Positions 12,029-22,810 of a DNA stretch of 64,000 nucleotides are shown piece by piece (the stretch's first letter is position 1; the number at the start of each line of letters is the position of its first letter). The translations under genes and the position numbers were made by a program. Source of the DNA: an uncultured Acidobacteriota bacterium (GTDB taxonomy: Bacteria; Acidobacteriota; UBA6911). Location of the stretch: the NCBI GenBank assembly GCA_963827655.1, contig CAWHCF010000006.1:256001-320000 (forward strand), in the 5' to 3' direction. The notes below the pieces were generated by a model. It worked only from the letters and a program-made list of their open reading frames with translations. It had not been told where the DNA came from and searched no databases.

Positions 12029-12138
12029 CAGATCGCCGCCACAAGCTCTCGTCGAGGAAAGCCTCCCGCTCGGTCAACCGAGCGGTCCAGCGCGGCATTG
12101 AAAATCTCTTTGACTTGTTTTCAGCGTTCGGGGGTCAT
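12029..12138 (-). pseudogene. Truncated 5' copy of the Ser/Thr kinase gene
   Basis: Near-identical to 14895-15002 (MTPERWKQVKEIFNAALDRSVD...), then breaks off. Confidence 0.8.
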
Positions 12139-12168
12139 CTGGCTCACTTCTCGCTCTGCCCATCAGCT

Positions 12169-15002
12169 TTACTTGACCTTTGCCGCCGCCTGGAACTTCG
12201 CGAGATTGGTTTCAAGCTCACGGCGCACAAGCGAGTTGGCTTTCAGCAATGCGATAGCCTTCTGTTCCGTTTCGAGTGCGCGCGCGTGATCGCCGGTCAA
12301 GTGACAAGCCAGCGCGAGTGTGTCCAGGATCTTGGGAGCATTTCCTTTAGTCATCTCGACCGCGCGCCTGGCGTGCGGTAACGCGGCTGCCGGATCGCGA
12401 AGATCGGATGGCTCAGAAGTCAGCAAGGCCCAGGCATAGCTGTTGAGGTCATTCGCGGTCGCTGCGGGCTGCTCGGCCTGCGCCTTCTGAATGCTCAAAG
12501 CGCGAAGCGCCAGGCGGCGCGCCTCCGCCGGTTGCCCGGTTTGCGCCAACAGCCTGGCAAGCGGATGCAGCGTTTCAGCCACGTCTGATTGCAAATACGT
12601 GTTCATCGGATCAGCCGCTCCCAGCGTCTCAAAGATCGCCAGTCCCTTGCGGTAATAGGCCAGCGCCCCGGCCGTGTCCTGGGTCTGGGCCAGGTGCGTG
12701 CCGCGGCATCTGTAGCTGATCGCAAGATCTCGGCGGGCAAGCATATTGGTCGGATCTGCGGCGGACATGGCCTCAAGGATGTCCACCGCTTTGCGGGATT
12801 CTCCAGAAGCTCCGACGGCATCGCCGGTCTTTGCCAGGATGAGTCCGATCTTGTCGTAGAGCACCGCCAGGTGGCGGCGGTAATTGCCGTTCGACGGATC
12901 GGTCGCGAGCAACGTTTCCGTGATCGTGTGCGATTGTTTGTAATACTCGATCGCTCCCGCCGTGTCGCCAGTCAGTTCGAGCGCATCGGCAATCCGTTCG
13001 TGGCTGAGGTAAACATAGCGGCGCGCCTGCGCATTCTTCGGGTCACGCATAGCCAATGCTTCAGCCACTGCCATCGACTTGCGGAAATAATCCAAGGCCT
13101 GGTCTGTCTCACCGAGGCTGGGGAAATTAGGATTGCCCAGGTCGTCCCCGAGCTTGAGGTAGCATCGCGCCAGATTGATCTGCTCTTGTCCATCGGCGGG
13201 ATTGGCTTTGGCCAGCGCTTCGAAGATAGGCAACGCCTGAAGCCGGCTCTTGATCGCTTCAGCGGTACGGCCGGTCACGGCCAGCACGTCGCCAATCTTG
13301 TTGCAACTGAGCGCGAGGACGCGGCGGAAATTCAGCGTCGTCCGGAATGCGCCCGGAGAGCGCTTCAGCAATCGCCTTCGCTTTATGGTAGCTTTGCAGC
13401 GCTCCGGCGGTACTGCCCAGGTTGGCATTGTTCGGATTGCCTTGCACGTCGCCGACTTTGAGGTAAGCCTCGGCCAGCTCCAGTTGCAGCGAGGGATTAT
13501 CGCCCGCCTCCTTGTTCACGCCGTCCAGATAGTCCAATGCTCCCTTGACCATCGACTCACGCGCTGGTGTAGACCCCGCCAGCTTCTCAACCTGATCGTG
13601 CAACTTGTAGATTAACAGGTTGGCCAGCTTCCGTCCCTCTTCAGAGCGTCGCTCGGCTCGCGCTCGCTGATCCTTGGCGACCTGAGCCTGCCAGGACGTG
13701 GTCATGACACCAGCCAGCAGACTCACCCCTACTACCGCGGCGGCGGCCACACTCGCCTTGTGCCGCGCGATGAATTTCTCCGCGCGATAACCGAAACTAT
13801 CTTTGCGCGCCACCACCGGCAGTCCTTCCAGATGCCGGCGAATGTCTTCTGAAAGCTGATTGACCGTGGCATAACGCCGCTGCGGCTCTTTGCGCACCGC
13901 CATCAAGACTATGTTGTCAATGTCGCCGTGGAGGCGGCGGCGCAATTTTTCGGGCTGGCCTTCGCGCGTCCGGCTGACGATTTCAGGAGTGAGCGAGACC
14001 TGAGTCGCGCCATCGGCGCTGGTGGTCGTCTCGACTCGATTGATGACGGTGCTCGGCTTCTCCGGCTCTTCTTCGCAGACGGTGCGCAAGTTCTCGTGCG
14101 GCAAGGGGCTCGTCAGCCGATAGGGACGATGGCCGGTCAGCAGCTCATAAAGCACGATGCCGATTGAATAAACATCACTGGCCGTCGTCACCGGCTCGCC
14201 GCGGACTTGTTCGGGGCTTGCGTACTCTGGCGTCATCAACTGCAGCGCCGTCGCCGTCGGGTCTATCGTCTGTGCGGACAACTCCGGGTTGAGCAGCTTG
14301 GCAATGCCGAAGTCGAGCAGCTTGGGCGTGCCATCCGCTGTGATCAGAATATTGCTCGGCTTGAGATCACGATGCACCACCAGGTTCTGGTGAGCGCAGT
14401 GGACCGCCGAGCAGACCTGACGAATGAGTCTGAGCCGTTCGGCGATGGTCAGCTTATGCGTGTCGCTGTAGTTGGTGATCGGCTTGCCCTCGACGTATTC
14501 CATCGCGAAGTAAGGCAATCCGTCTTCCGTCGTACCGCCATCGAGCAGTTGGGCAATGCAGGGATGATTGAGGCTCGCCAGAATCTGCCGCTCGTGGCGG
14601 AAGCGGCGCAGGATGTCTTTCGTGTCCATCCCGCGCCTGACTAGCTTAAGCGCAACCCGCTTCTGATATTGATCATCGGCCCGCACCGCCAGGTAAACCG
14701 CGCCCATCCCGCCTCGCCCGATTTCGCGGACGAGTTTGTAAGCGCCGACCTGCCGCCCGATCATGGAGTAGGGCTGCAGCGCTGATGGCTTCGTCAGCTG
14801 GAAGCGAATCGCGGGACGGGGCGGCGGGAGTTTCCATGAAGTCGCCGGCCTGTTCGTAGCGGTTGATAAAGTGTTCGACCTGTTGGCGCAGTGACAGATC
14901 GCCGCCACAAGCTTCGTCGAGGAAAGTCTCCCGCTCGTCAACCGAGCGGTCCAGCGCGGCGTTGAAGATCTCTTTGACTTGTTTCCAGCGTTCGGGAGTC
15001 AT
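12169..15002 (-). CDS. Membrane Ser/Thr protein kinase with C-terminal TPR repeats (frameshifts near 14780 and 13340)
   Basis: IGRGGMGAVY, VALK, HRDLKPSN, DFGIAK, TPEYASPE, a TM segment, then TPR-like helical repeats. Confidence 0.92.
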
Positions 15003-15014
15003 GCCATTCACTGA

Positions 15015-15578
15015 TCACGATTGCTTGCTTAATTCGTCGTAAAGCCATGCTTTAGCCATTCTCCACTCGCGGACCACCGTCGCCCGGCTGACACCCAGGA
15101 CTTCAGCCGTCTCTTCCAGCGTCATTCCGCCGAAATATTTCAACTCCACGACGCGGCTCTGTTGGAGATCGAGTTCGGCCAATGTTTTCAGCGCTTCATC
15201 AAGCGCCACCAGTTGATCGGCGCGCTGGTGCGTAACGTCAATCGCTTCATCGAGCGAGACCGCCAGACCGGAGCCGCGTTTTTCGGCCATCCGCGCCCGG
15301 GCATGATCCACGAGAATGCGCCGCATCGCCTGGGCCGCGATGCCGAAAAAGTGTGCGCGGTTCTGCCAACGTACGTTCTGCTGATCTATCAACCTGAGGT
15401 AAGCCTCGTGCGCCAACGCCGTCGGTTGCAGCGTGTAACCGGCGCGCTCTCGCCGCAGATAGCTCTCCGCGAGTTTCTTCATTTCCCGATAGACCAGCGG
15501 GGTGAGCTCCTCGAGGGCCTCCCGGTCTCCGTTGCTCCACGCGAGCAACAGTTGAGTAATGTCCGTAGAACTCTCCAT
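15015..15578 (-). CDS. ECF sigma factor, TIGR02999/ECF43-like
   Basis: ITQLLLAWSNGD, TLQPTALAHEAYLRL, WQNRAHFFGIAAQAMRRILVDHAR, REWRMAKAWL; lies directly upstream of the kinase. Confidence 0.93.
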   Translation of the reverse strand: MESSTDITQLLLAWSNGDREALEELTPLVYREMKKLAESYLRRERAGYTLQPTALAHEAYLRLIDQQNVRWQNRAHFFGIAAQAMRRILVDHARARMAEKRGSGLAVSLDEAIDVTHQRADQLVALDEALKTLAELDLQQSRVVELKYFGGMTLEETAEVLGVSRATVVREWRMAKAWLYDELSKQS

Positions 15579-16038
15579 ACGATTGTCAGATTGCAGACGA
15601 CGGGTGAGCCATGAAACTAATGTGACGACAGGCGAAGCATAGAAATTGTCAGTAATTAAGTCAAGATGCCCGACTCGGCAAAAGCCGTGGCAACCTCACC
15701 GATCAAACTTTTTCCACCTGTGCAAGTAGTCTTACGAAGGGTTTGTGAAGAGGGAAACAAAAAGAGCAAAGGAGAACTTGTCGCCCTTTTTGCCTTTCTT
15801 GGCGGTTTTGCTTCCCTCCTGCACTACTTGCAACAGGTCGAGATTTTTTTCCCTCCTGCGTGATCCTGTCTCAATCCATTTTCCGCGTGTCTGGTTGAAG
15901 ACGAGGCCCGGGCGCCGGCCGGCTGACGGTGGAGGCGCGGGTGACCCCGTTGCCGCCGGACAAGCGTATCCCCATTTCCGACGATCTGGTCGAGTGATGA
16001 GCGCGCAACTACAAATGAAAACAAGAGAAGGAGAAAGT

Positions 16039-17619
16039 ATGATCAGCGGTTTTTTCAACACGCGGAAAGTTCGGATCGTGAGTGGCCTTCTGCCGATCGC
16101 ATTGGCTGTCTTGGCGGTTTGCCTGATGGACCCCCTTTTTACCAGCGCCCAGGGCCGCGAACAATCGCAGGAGAAACTCCGCAAACACGCCAGCGCGAAT
16201 GCTGTCGCCAATCGCTACATCGTGGTGCTCGATAACGATGCAGTCAATTTCGCCGCTCACGACACGGCGGTAGCCGAAGTCGGCGACTCGCTCGCCGCAA
16301 CCCACGGAGCGCAGATCGAGATGACTTACAAACACGCGCTTAACGGCTATGCAATGGAGATGACCGAAGCACAGGCTCTGGCGGTCAGCCGCGACCCAAG
16401 GGTCGCCTACGTTGAGGAAGACGCTTACGTCAGCATCGAGCCAATCGCGGCTGACAACATCGCCCAGGACAACGCTGCGTGGGGCCTCGACCGGATCGAT
16501 CAGCGCCGCCTCCCGCTCGATAATAACTACGCTTATAACACCAGCGGGAAGGGAGTCAACGTCTACGTTATAGATAGTGGGATTCGGCACACGCACTGGG
16601 AATTTCAGGGCCGCGCCTTTGCCGCCTTCGATGCGGTCAACGAAAGTCAGAACACGGACGACTGCAACGGCCACGGCACCCATGTCGCCGGCACCATTGG
16701 CGGGACTACCTACGGCGTTGCCAAGGATGTACGCCTGTACGCCGTGCGCGTGCTCGGCTGCGATAACAAGGGATTTGTCTCAGGGTTCATTGCGGGTGTG
16801 GATTGGGTCACAGCCAATCACATCAAACCTGCGGTGGCCAACATGAGCATCGGCGCGCGCGCGTCCCAGGCTTTTGACCAGGCAGTGAAAAACTCCATCG
16901 CGGCCGGCGTGACCTATGTCGTGTCCGCTGGGAACGATACCCAGGATGCGTGTAACCAGTCCCCCGCACGCGCCGAAAACACTATCACCGTCGGGTCAAC
17001 GAGCAGCTCCGATAGCCGGTCCTCATTCTCTAACTACGGGCCTTGCGTCAACATCTTTGCCCCCGGCTCAGGGATCACCTCCGCCTGGTTCACCAATGAC
17101 GACGCCACAGCTGTCCTGAACGGCACGTCAATGGCCTCTCCGCATGTGGCGGGCGCGGCGGCGCTTTACCTCGAGGCTGATCCCGAAGCCACGCCCGCGG
17201 CGGTCGGCAGCGCCATCCTCGGTAGCGCCACCGCCGATCAACTGAGCGATGTCGGACCTGGCTCGCCCAACCTTCTGCTTTTCTCGCAGCTCGGCGCCGC
17301 CGGCACTGACCCGTGCACCAACTGCACCCGTTACACCGGCTTGCTCTTCAGCGGAGATGCAGGCCTTGAGCCAAACGGCACTTACTACGACAACGCTTCA
17401 TTCGGGTATCACCAGGGCTGGCTGCGCGGTCCGGCGGGGGCCGATTTCGACCTTTCCCTCTGGAAATGGGATGGATCGCAATGGGTGGTCGTGGCGAGCT
17501 CGGAAGGCGAGAGCTCGACTGAGGAGATCTCCTACTACGGTTCGCCCGGTTATTACATCTGGCGAATCTTCTCCTACCGCGGGAACGGCTTCTACGATTT
17601 CTGGTTGCAGCAACCTTAG
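16039..17619 (+). CDS. Secreted S8 subtilisin-like serine protease (aqualysin/proteinase K type) with I9 propeptide and C-terminal beta domain
   Basis: Signal peptide; catalytic triad motifs [23 protein letters not shown]; WGLDRIDQR. Confidence 0.95.
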   Translation: MISGFFNTRKVRIVSGLLPIALAVLAVCLMDPLFTSAQGREQSQEKLRKHASANAVANRYIVVLDNDAVNFAAHDTAVAEVGDSLAATHGAQIEMTYKHALNGYAMEMTEAQALAVSRDPRVAYVEEDAYVSIEPIAADNIAQDNAAWGLDRIDQRRLPLDNNYAYNTSGKGVNVYVIDSGIRHTHWEFQGRAFAAFDAVNESQNTDDCNGHGTHVAGTIGGTTYGVAKDVRLYAVRVLGCDNKGFVSGFIAGVDWVTANHIKPAVANMSIGARASQAFDQAVKNSIAAGVTYVVSAGNDTQDACNQSPARAENTITVGSTSSSDSRSSFSNYGPCVNIFAPGSGITSAWFTNDDATAVLNGTSMASPHVAGAAALYLEADPEATPAAVGSAILGSATADQLSDVGPGSPNLLLFSQLGAAGTDPCTNCTRYTGLLFSGDAGLEPNGTYYDNASFGYHQGWLRGPAGADFDLSLWKWDGSQWVVVASSEGESSTEEISYYGSPGYYIWRIFSYRGNGFYDFWLQQP

Positions 17620-17720
17620 CCTTCGCGCCGCTCAAGGTTTACTGGCAAATATCAACGAAAAACCCTCACGAGCGCGCTCCAGGATCGGTGACTCGTGAGA
17701 AAACAATCACGGAGGGAGTT

Positions 17721-19938
17721 ATGAAAAGTCATATCCGTTATGCCACATCAGGCATGAGATCCATTCTGTTTTTGACCGTGCTGGCAGGTGGGGCCTTTCA
17801 ATTAGCGTCAGCCGAACGCTCGGCTTTGACGAGCTTCGGCGCGCAACCCGTCGCTGCGCCACACTATTATGCTCGGCAGATTCAAGAATTGAGAGACGTT
17901 CAGCTTCCGCCTGCCGAAGCGCAAGATCATCTTCACTTCACGCCGCTCGAAGGCGGGTCGGTACTCGAATTCCGCGATGGGAAGGTGTCTTGCCGCGCCG
18001 CGACAGAAGAAGAGTCGCAGGCGCTGCAGCGCAACCCTGATCAGCAGTGGCGCGTGATCGGCGATGAAGCCTTCGCGCTCAACTCAACGGAGCAGGCGCA
18101 GAAGGGGTTGAAGATCATCCTGCGCGGCACGCCCCAGCTCGAACAGTTCCCGGAAGCCACGGCGGCCTTCTTGCGCGCCGCCCGCACGTGGGAATCGTTG
18201 ATTCAAAATCCCATCACGGTGGTGATTGACGTGGACTTCGGGCCGACGTTCTTCGGCGAGCCGTTTGCAGACCAGTACGGTCTGACGAGATTTCAGTGGA
18301 ACTTCAATGAAAACGCCTATCCCATAATTCGCTCCGCTCTGATCCGAAGCGCAGGAAGCCCGCAAGAGGCTGCGCTCTACAACTCTCTGCCGCCAGCGCA
18401 ACTGCCGACAGACCTGGGCGCGGCTACGGGAATGATCTATCACGTTGCGGCGATGCGCGCGCTCGGACTGTTTCCACCTGTGGCTGATCCGGACACTGAG
18501 CGGGAGATCTTGGGCTTGCCGCCGGCCATCGCCTTCAATTCGGCCATCAGCTTCGACTTCGATCCGAGCGACGGCATCGAGCCCAATAAAATTGATTTCA
18601 CTGCGGCTGCCCTGCACGAGATCGGCCACGCGCTCGGTTTTTTCTCCGGTGCCGGTACCAAAGAAGAGTACCCCAATGTGCCGCTGACACCAGATTTGCT
18701 GGACCTGTTCCGCTTCCGTCCCGGCGTTACGCTCGAGACCTTCTCTTCCGCGCCGCGCATCCTGTCGTCGGGCGGTGAGCACGTCTTTTTCGGCGGAGGG
18801 CCGGAACTGCCGCTCTCCACGGGACGGACCGACGGCGTAGGCGGCGATGGCCGGCAGGCTGGGCATTGGAAGGATTACACGCTCGGCGGGCGTTACATCG
18901 GCATTATGGCTCCGATTTTTGGCTGGGGTCGTGCTTTTGAGATGACCGCCAATGATCGGGAGGCGTTCGAGCTGATCGGGTATCGCACGAACCCGCTGCC
19001 CAATCCCCAGGAGGCCGAGCTGAAGCTCGACGACGGGGCGGCGGACATTGGCGCGCGCGCCGATGGATTGATAGTGTATCAACCGGCTGACACCGCCGAG
19101 CTATCCGGCGACGTTGCGCAAGGTGCTTATCCTCATTCCGCCTTTCCGAGACCAGCCCGATCCAGCAGGCAAGCCGATTACGCTGATCTACGGGCACAGC
19201 AACCCGGGCGCCCAGTTGAACCTCGTCGAGACGACCGTCCCCAGCGCCAGTAACGAACTCTTTCTTGAGTTCACGATCCCCGACGGCCCGACGATCAACG
19301 CCGGCGATTTCTACATCGGCTATCAAGCTCCATCGCCACACCAGGGCGTAGGGTTCGCCGTTGATTTAAGCGGCACGACGGAGAATCGCAGCTTCTATTC
19401 CCTCAACAACGGCGCAAGCTTGGCGCCTCTCCCTGAGCTGTATGAAGGCAAACCGGCAAACGCCATGATCCGCGCCCTCATGTCTATTGGCGATCCCACC
19501 CCTACACCGGCGCCGCCGCCCGCGCGGGCACCGACGCCCGGCCCCGATACAGTGGCGCTGACTTCCAGCGTGCCGCAAGACGGGTATATGCCAAGATCAT
19601 CGCCAAATGGCGCGGTTTTCGAAACTCAGTACACGATCGAGGTGCCGAGTGGCGCGACGCAACTCAAGATTGATCTGAATGCGAATACCGACCTGGACCT
19701 CTTCGTGCGTTTCAGCAGCCGCATCGTGGTTCAAAACGCGTTGCCGGTAGCCGATTTCAAATCGGTTTCGGACAACTATCAAGAATCGATCACCATCACG
19801 CCCGCCAGTTCGCCGGCGCTGCAGGCAGGCGTCTATTACCTCATGGTTGCGAATTACGGCCCCGGCCCGTCCACCTTTACGGTCACGGCCACAGTCAATG
19901 GCGGTTCCAATGAGGCAGGGCAAGGTGGTGAGCGCTAG
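17721..19938 (+). CDS. Secreted zinc metalloprotease (NF038122-like) with Pro/Thr linker and PPC-like C-terminal domain (frameshift near 19080)
   Basis: Signal peptide; FDFDPSDGI...DFTAAALHEIGHALGF, LDLFRF, GRQAGHWKD, GIMAP; C-terminal YTIEVPSGATQLKIDL...DLDLFVR. Confidence 0.8.
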
Positions 19939-20408
19939 GCCGGAAGACCCCCAGGCGCCCAGACTCAAAGCATGGAACAAAGACAATCCGAAGTTGAAAT
20001 ACCATCGGGAAAGTAATTTCCGGCGCGATGCCATCAGGGCGAGGAAAGGTCTTCTTGGATTGGATAAGGGGAGCGGCTCGAGAAGGCTACCCAGATCTAA
20101 GCGGCGTCGCCTTTTTTGGGGGTGCGCCCAGGGTGCGGAAGTGCGGGAGTCTTACGCGGATTTGCTGAAATCTGCGAACCAGAATCAACAACTTGCAAAG
20201 AATCAACACCGCGAATACAATTGCCCAGGTTAAAGTACGCGGGGTTCAAATCTCCAAGTCTCCTGTCATCACGGACGGGAGCTTTGAGTAAGGATTGTGA
20301 ATTCAGGAATGAGGCTCCCAGGCGGCTCTGACCGAGAACGTTTCAGAAGGCCCGATTCTCCCGCGAAGCTCGACCGGTCCTGAATTTCAGATCCTGGTGT
20401 CAGTGTGC

Positions 20409-20484
20409 GGCGCCGTACCCAAGTGGCTAAGGGAGAGGTCTGCAAAACCTTTATGCAGCGGTTCGAATCCGCTCGGCGCCTCCA
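20409..20484 (+). tRNA. tRNA-Cys (GCA)
   Basis: GGCGCCG acceptor stem, gaggt-ctGCAaa-acctt anticodon arm, GGTTCGAATCC T-arm, encoded CCA. Confidence 0.96.
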
Positions 20485-20693
20485 GTTTCCAAAGAATCGT
20501 CGGTCCTTCAAAAAACCCAGGCCGGATCGCTCTGCCGCAAATACTTCCAGGTTGCCCATCAGCCTGTACGTGGCGGGTGCGTGAATACCCGAACACGGCT
20601 GCGCGTGTCGCCAATCCGACACTCCGGCAAATCGGAAGTAAAGGTACCGAAGATTTAGAGACAGCAGGACAGAAAACCTTGCGTGGTTAGCGC

Positions 20694-20718
20694 TGACACA
20701 ATGTTCTGCATTGTGTCA
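20694..20718. promoter_or_regulatory. Palindromic operator upstream of the antitoxin gene
   Basis: TGACACAATG-ttctg-CATTGTGTCA is a perfect 10-bp inverted repeat. Confidence 0.6.
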
Positions 20719-20735
20719 CACCACGGGTGAATCCG

Positions 20736-20963
20736 ATGAGAGAACTCAGTATCCGCGAGATCAGATCCCAGTTGCCCCGCCTGGATGAGCTTCTGTCTCA
20801 GGAAGGCGAGATCCTGATTACTCGGCGCGGCAAGCCGATCGCTCGCGTCCTCCCGGTAACGCGAGCGAAGGTGATGTCCAATCATGCAGGCTTGCGCGCG
20901 CTAATGCCGCGTCTTTCCCGTGGAAGTGAACACTACGTGCGCGCTGATCGGGACCAGAGGTGA
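20736..20963 (+). CDS. Phd/YefM family antitoxin (no intact toxin downstream)
   Basis: MRELSIREIRSQLPRL...GEILITRRGKPIARVLP. Confidence 0.88.
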   Translation: MRELSIREIRSQLPRLDELLSQEGEILITRRGKPIARVLPVTRAKVMSNHAGLRALMPRLSRGSEHYVRADRDQR

Positions 20964-21082
20964 CGGCACGTATTTCCGATGAAGCAGGCAGGAAGCTGCG
21001 GCGTGCTATCCTTGATCAGCTCGGCCGATTATGACAGGTCATGCAGGAGATGATCGTGTTCGGCCATCACAAGCAATTCCCT

Positions 21083-22786
21083 TCAATTGCTGGTAGGCTT
21101 TTTCGCCTCGATCGCGGGTTCTTGCTCGGCCATCCGCTCCAACCCGACCAGCTTCCAGCCGTCATTCGTCCGGCGAAAGAATACACGTACGGGCTTCGAC
21201 CAGGCTGCATGGGGGGAACCATTACCCCGGACTTCAGCCAGAATGAAACTGCCTGGAGTCTTCGGCAAACCCGCCGGCGCGGTGATGCGGTCACCCGAAC
21301 CCTGGGTTTCGCCCAGCGGGGCGGTCGCGCCCGTGTTGTTATCAAAGGTATGCCAGGAAGCCGCGGTTGAAGCCGCCGGTTGGGCCACACCCGCCTTCAC
21401 TGCGGCGTTTTCGAAGCTCAGGACACCGGACGCGTCGAGGGAAAAATTCACCAGGGGATTGATGCGCGTCAAGTAAACCTGGCCGATCTTGTTGCGCCTC
21501 TGAATGAGCACATCCGCCAGAAGTTTCTCGGCCTCCGGGTCGGTGTACTGGCCGCTCTTGACCATAGCCCGAACCATCTCGTCGCTGATGGCCATCACGC
21601 GGCGCGCGGCCCAGAAGTTGTCGTCATCGCGCGCTCGCAGCATGGCGGCCATGGGCACGCGGCTCTTCCATTTCTCGGGGTCGAATACCTCGCCCTCGAA
21701 CCGGCCGATGGCCGGGTGCTCCTTGTAGTCCACGGTCTGCCACGGCTGGAGATAGAATCCGAAACTCACCAGCCGCTTCAACGTCTTGTCCCCTTCATAG
21801 AGGTTCTCATACCCTTCGGTCCACTCGCGGGGAGCGTTGGCTCCCATTCCAAACGTGGAACCCACGTCCAGCAGGTAGTGCCGCACCCGCGCCTTTCCGT
21901 TTTCAGTGATGAGCGTGTCCATGGTGTTGAGGGCTTTCAGGTCCACCAGGTTCGTCCAGGCGGCGAAGACCTTCAGGGCGCGCAGCTCGCGCCGGTGCTC
22001 ATGCGGAACGATATCATTGGGGTCGTCGGGCCGGGTCCCGAAGTACTTGAATCCCCCGAGAATCTTACCGGGCAGAAGGCGGCTGGCAAGAACCCGGTAG
22101 GCCCCGTCCGGTTTGCGCGCGGCCCTGTCCAGCGCGGGTTCAATGTCCTTGAGCTTCATGGGGCGCTCTTTTCCGGAGACCGGGTCAAATTTTGCCTTCG
22201 GATCAACCTCCAGTTGCTCCCGGCGGAACTCGCTGATGTGGTATTCCGCCTGAAAATAGCCCAGCGTCCAGAAGATCCTCATGGCGATCACCGCGGAAGC
22301 CGAGGCGCCTTCCGGGTTGCTCTTGGGATCGAACGCCAGGAACCAGGTCTCCCCGGCGCTGTCACGAATCGTGAAACCAGGGGCGTCGCCCTCGGTCTTG
22401 GCGCGGATAATTGACCATTTACCCGGGGCGGGTCCGTTGGTGGTGAGCGGACCGCGGACGGCTTCCTCAACGCTCACGGGCCGGGCAAGAATGCGATTGG
22501 TGAACCAGCTGGAATCGGGCACTTCGTCGATGGTATTGATATTTTTCGCGCGCGGGCCCGCGGGTTCTCCCGGACTGCCGAACTGGTTCAGTAACAGGTC
22601 ATAGAACAGGTCAATTTTCCAGGGAACCACCCGCGACGCATCCTGCGTTTCCGGTTCAACTGCAATGGGGTCGTCATCGTAGAACTTCGGCCCGGTGCTT
22701 GCCGACGCCACGAACGAGACCAGCAATAAAAGGGTCGCCAGGACCATCGGTCGCCAACCGTCGGCGCGTGGCCTTGAAGCTTGCAT
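21083..22786 (-). CDS. Secreted hypothetical protein with predicted atypical protein-kinase-like fold
   Basis: N-terminal hydrophobic signal; motifs in kinase order KTEGDAPG, WFLAFDP, AWTNLVDLKALNT (DxKxxN), HYLLDVGSTFG (DFG-like). Confidence 0.7.
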   Translation of the reverse strand: MQASRPRADGWRPMVLATLLLLVSFVASASTGPKFYDDDPIAVEPETQDASRVVPWKIDLFYDLLLNQFGSPGEPAGPRAKNINTIDEVPDSSWFTNRILARPVSVEEAVRGPLTTNGPAPGKWSIIRAKTEGDAPGFTIRDSAGETWFLAFDPKSNPEGASASAVIAMRIFWTLGYFQAEYHISEFRREQLEVDPKAKFDPVSGKERPMKLKDIEPALDRAARKPDGAYRVLASRLLPGKILGGFKYFGTRPDDPNDIVPHEHRRELRALKVFAAWTNLVDLKALNTMDTLITENGKARVRHYLLDVGSTFGMGANAPREWTEGYENLYEGDKTLKRLVSFGFYLQPWQTVDYKEHPAIGRFEGEVFDPEKWKSRVPMAAMLRARDDDNFWAARRVMAISDEMVRAMVKSGQYTDPEAEKLLADVLIQRRNKIGQVYLTRINPLVNFSLDASGVLSFENAAVKAGVAQPAASTAASWHTFDNNTGATAPLGETQGSGDRITAPAGLPKTPGSFILAEVRGNGSPHAAWSKPVRVFFRRTNDGWKLVGLERMAEQEPAIEAKKPTSN

Positions 22787-22810
22787 GTTTTCCTCCATCG
22801 TTCTTCGAAC

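Noticed and set aside
11732-15002. Diversity-generating retroelement template/variable repeat pair
   Set aside because: There is no reverse transcriptase in the window, and differences between the copies are indels and mixed substitutions rather than adenine-specific changes
15745-16038. 98-aa N-terminal extension of the S8 protease in the ORF track
   Set aside because: The AGGAG RBS and signal peptide support ATG 16039; the upstream part includes repeat-derived sequence
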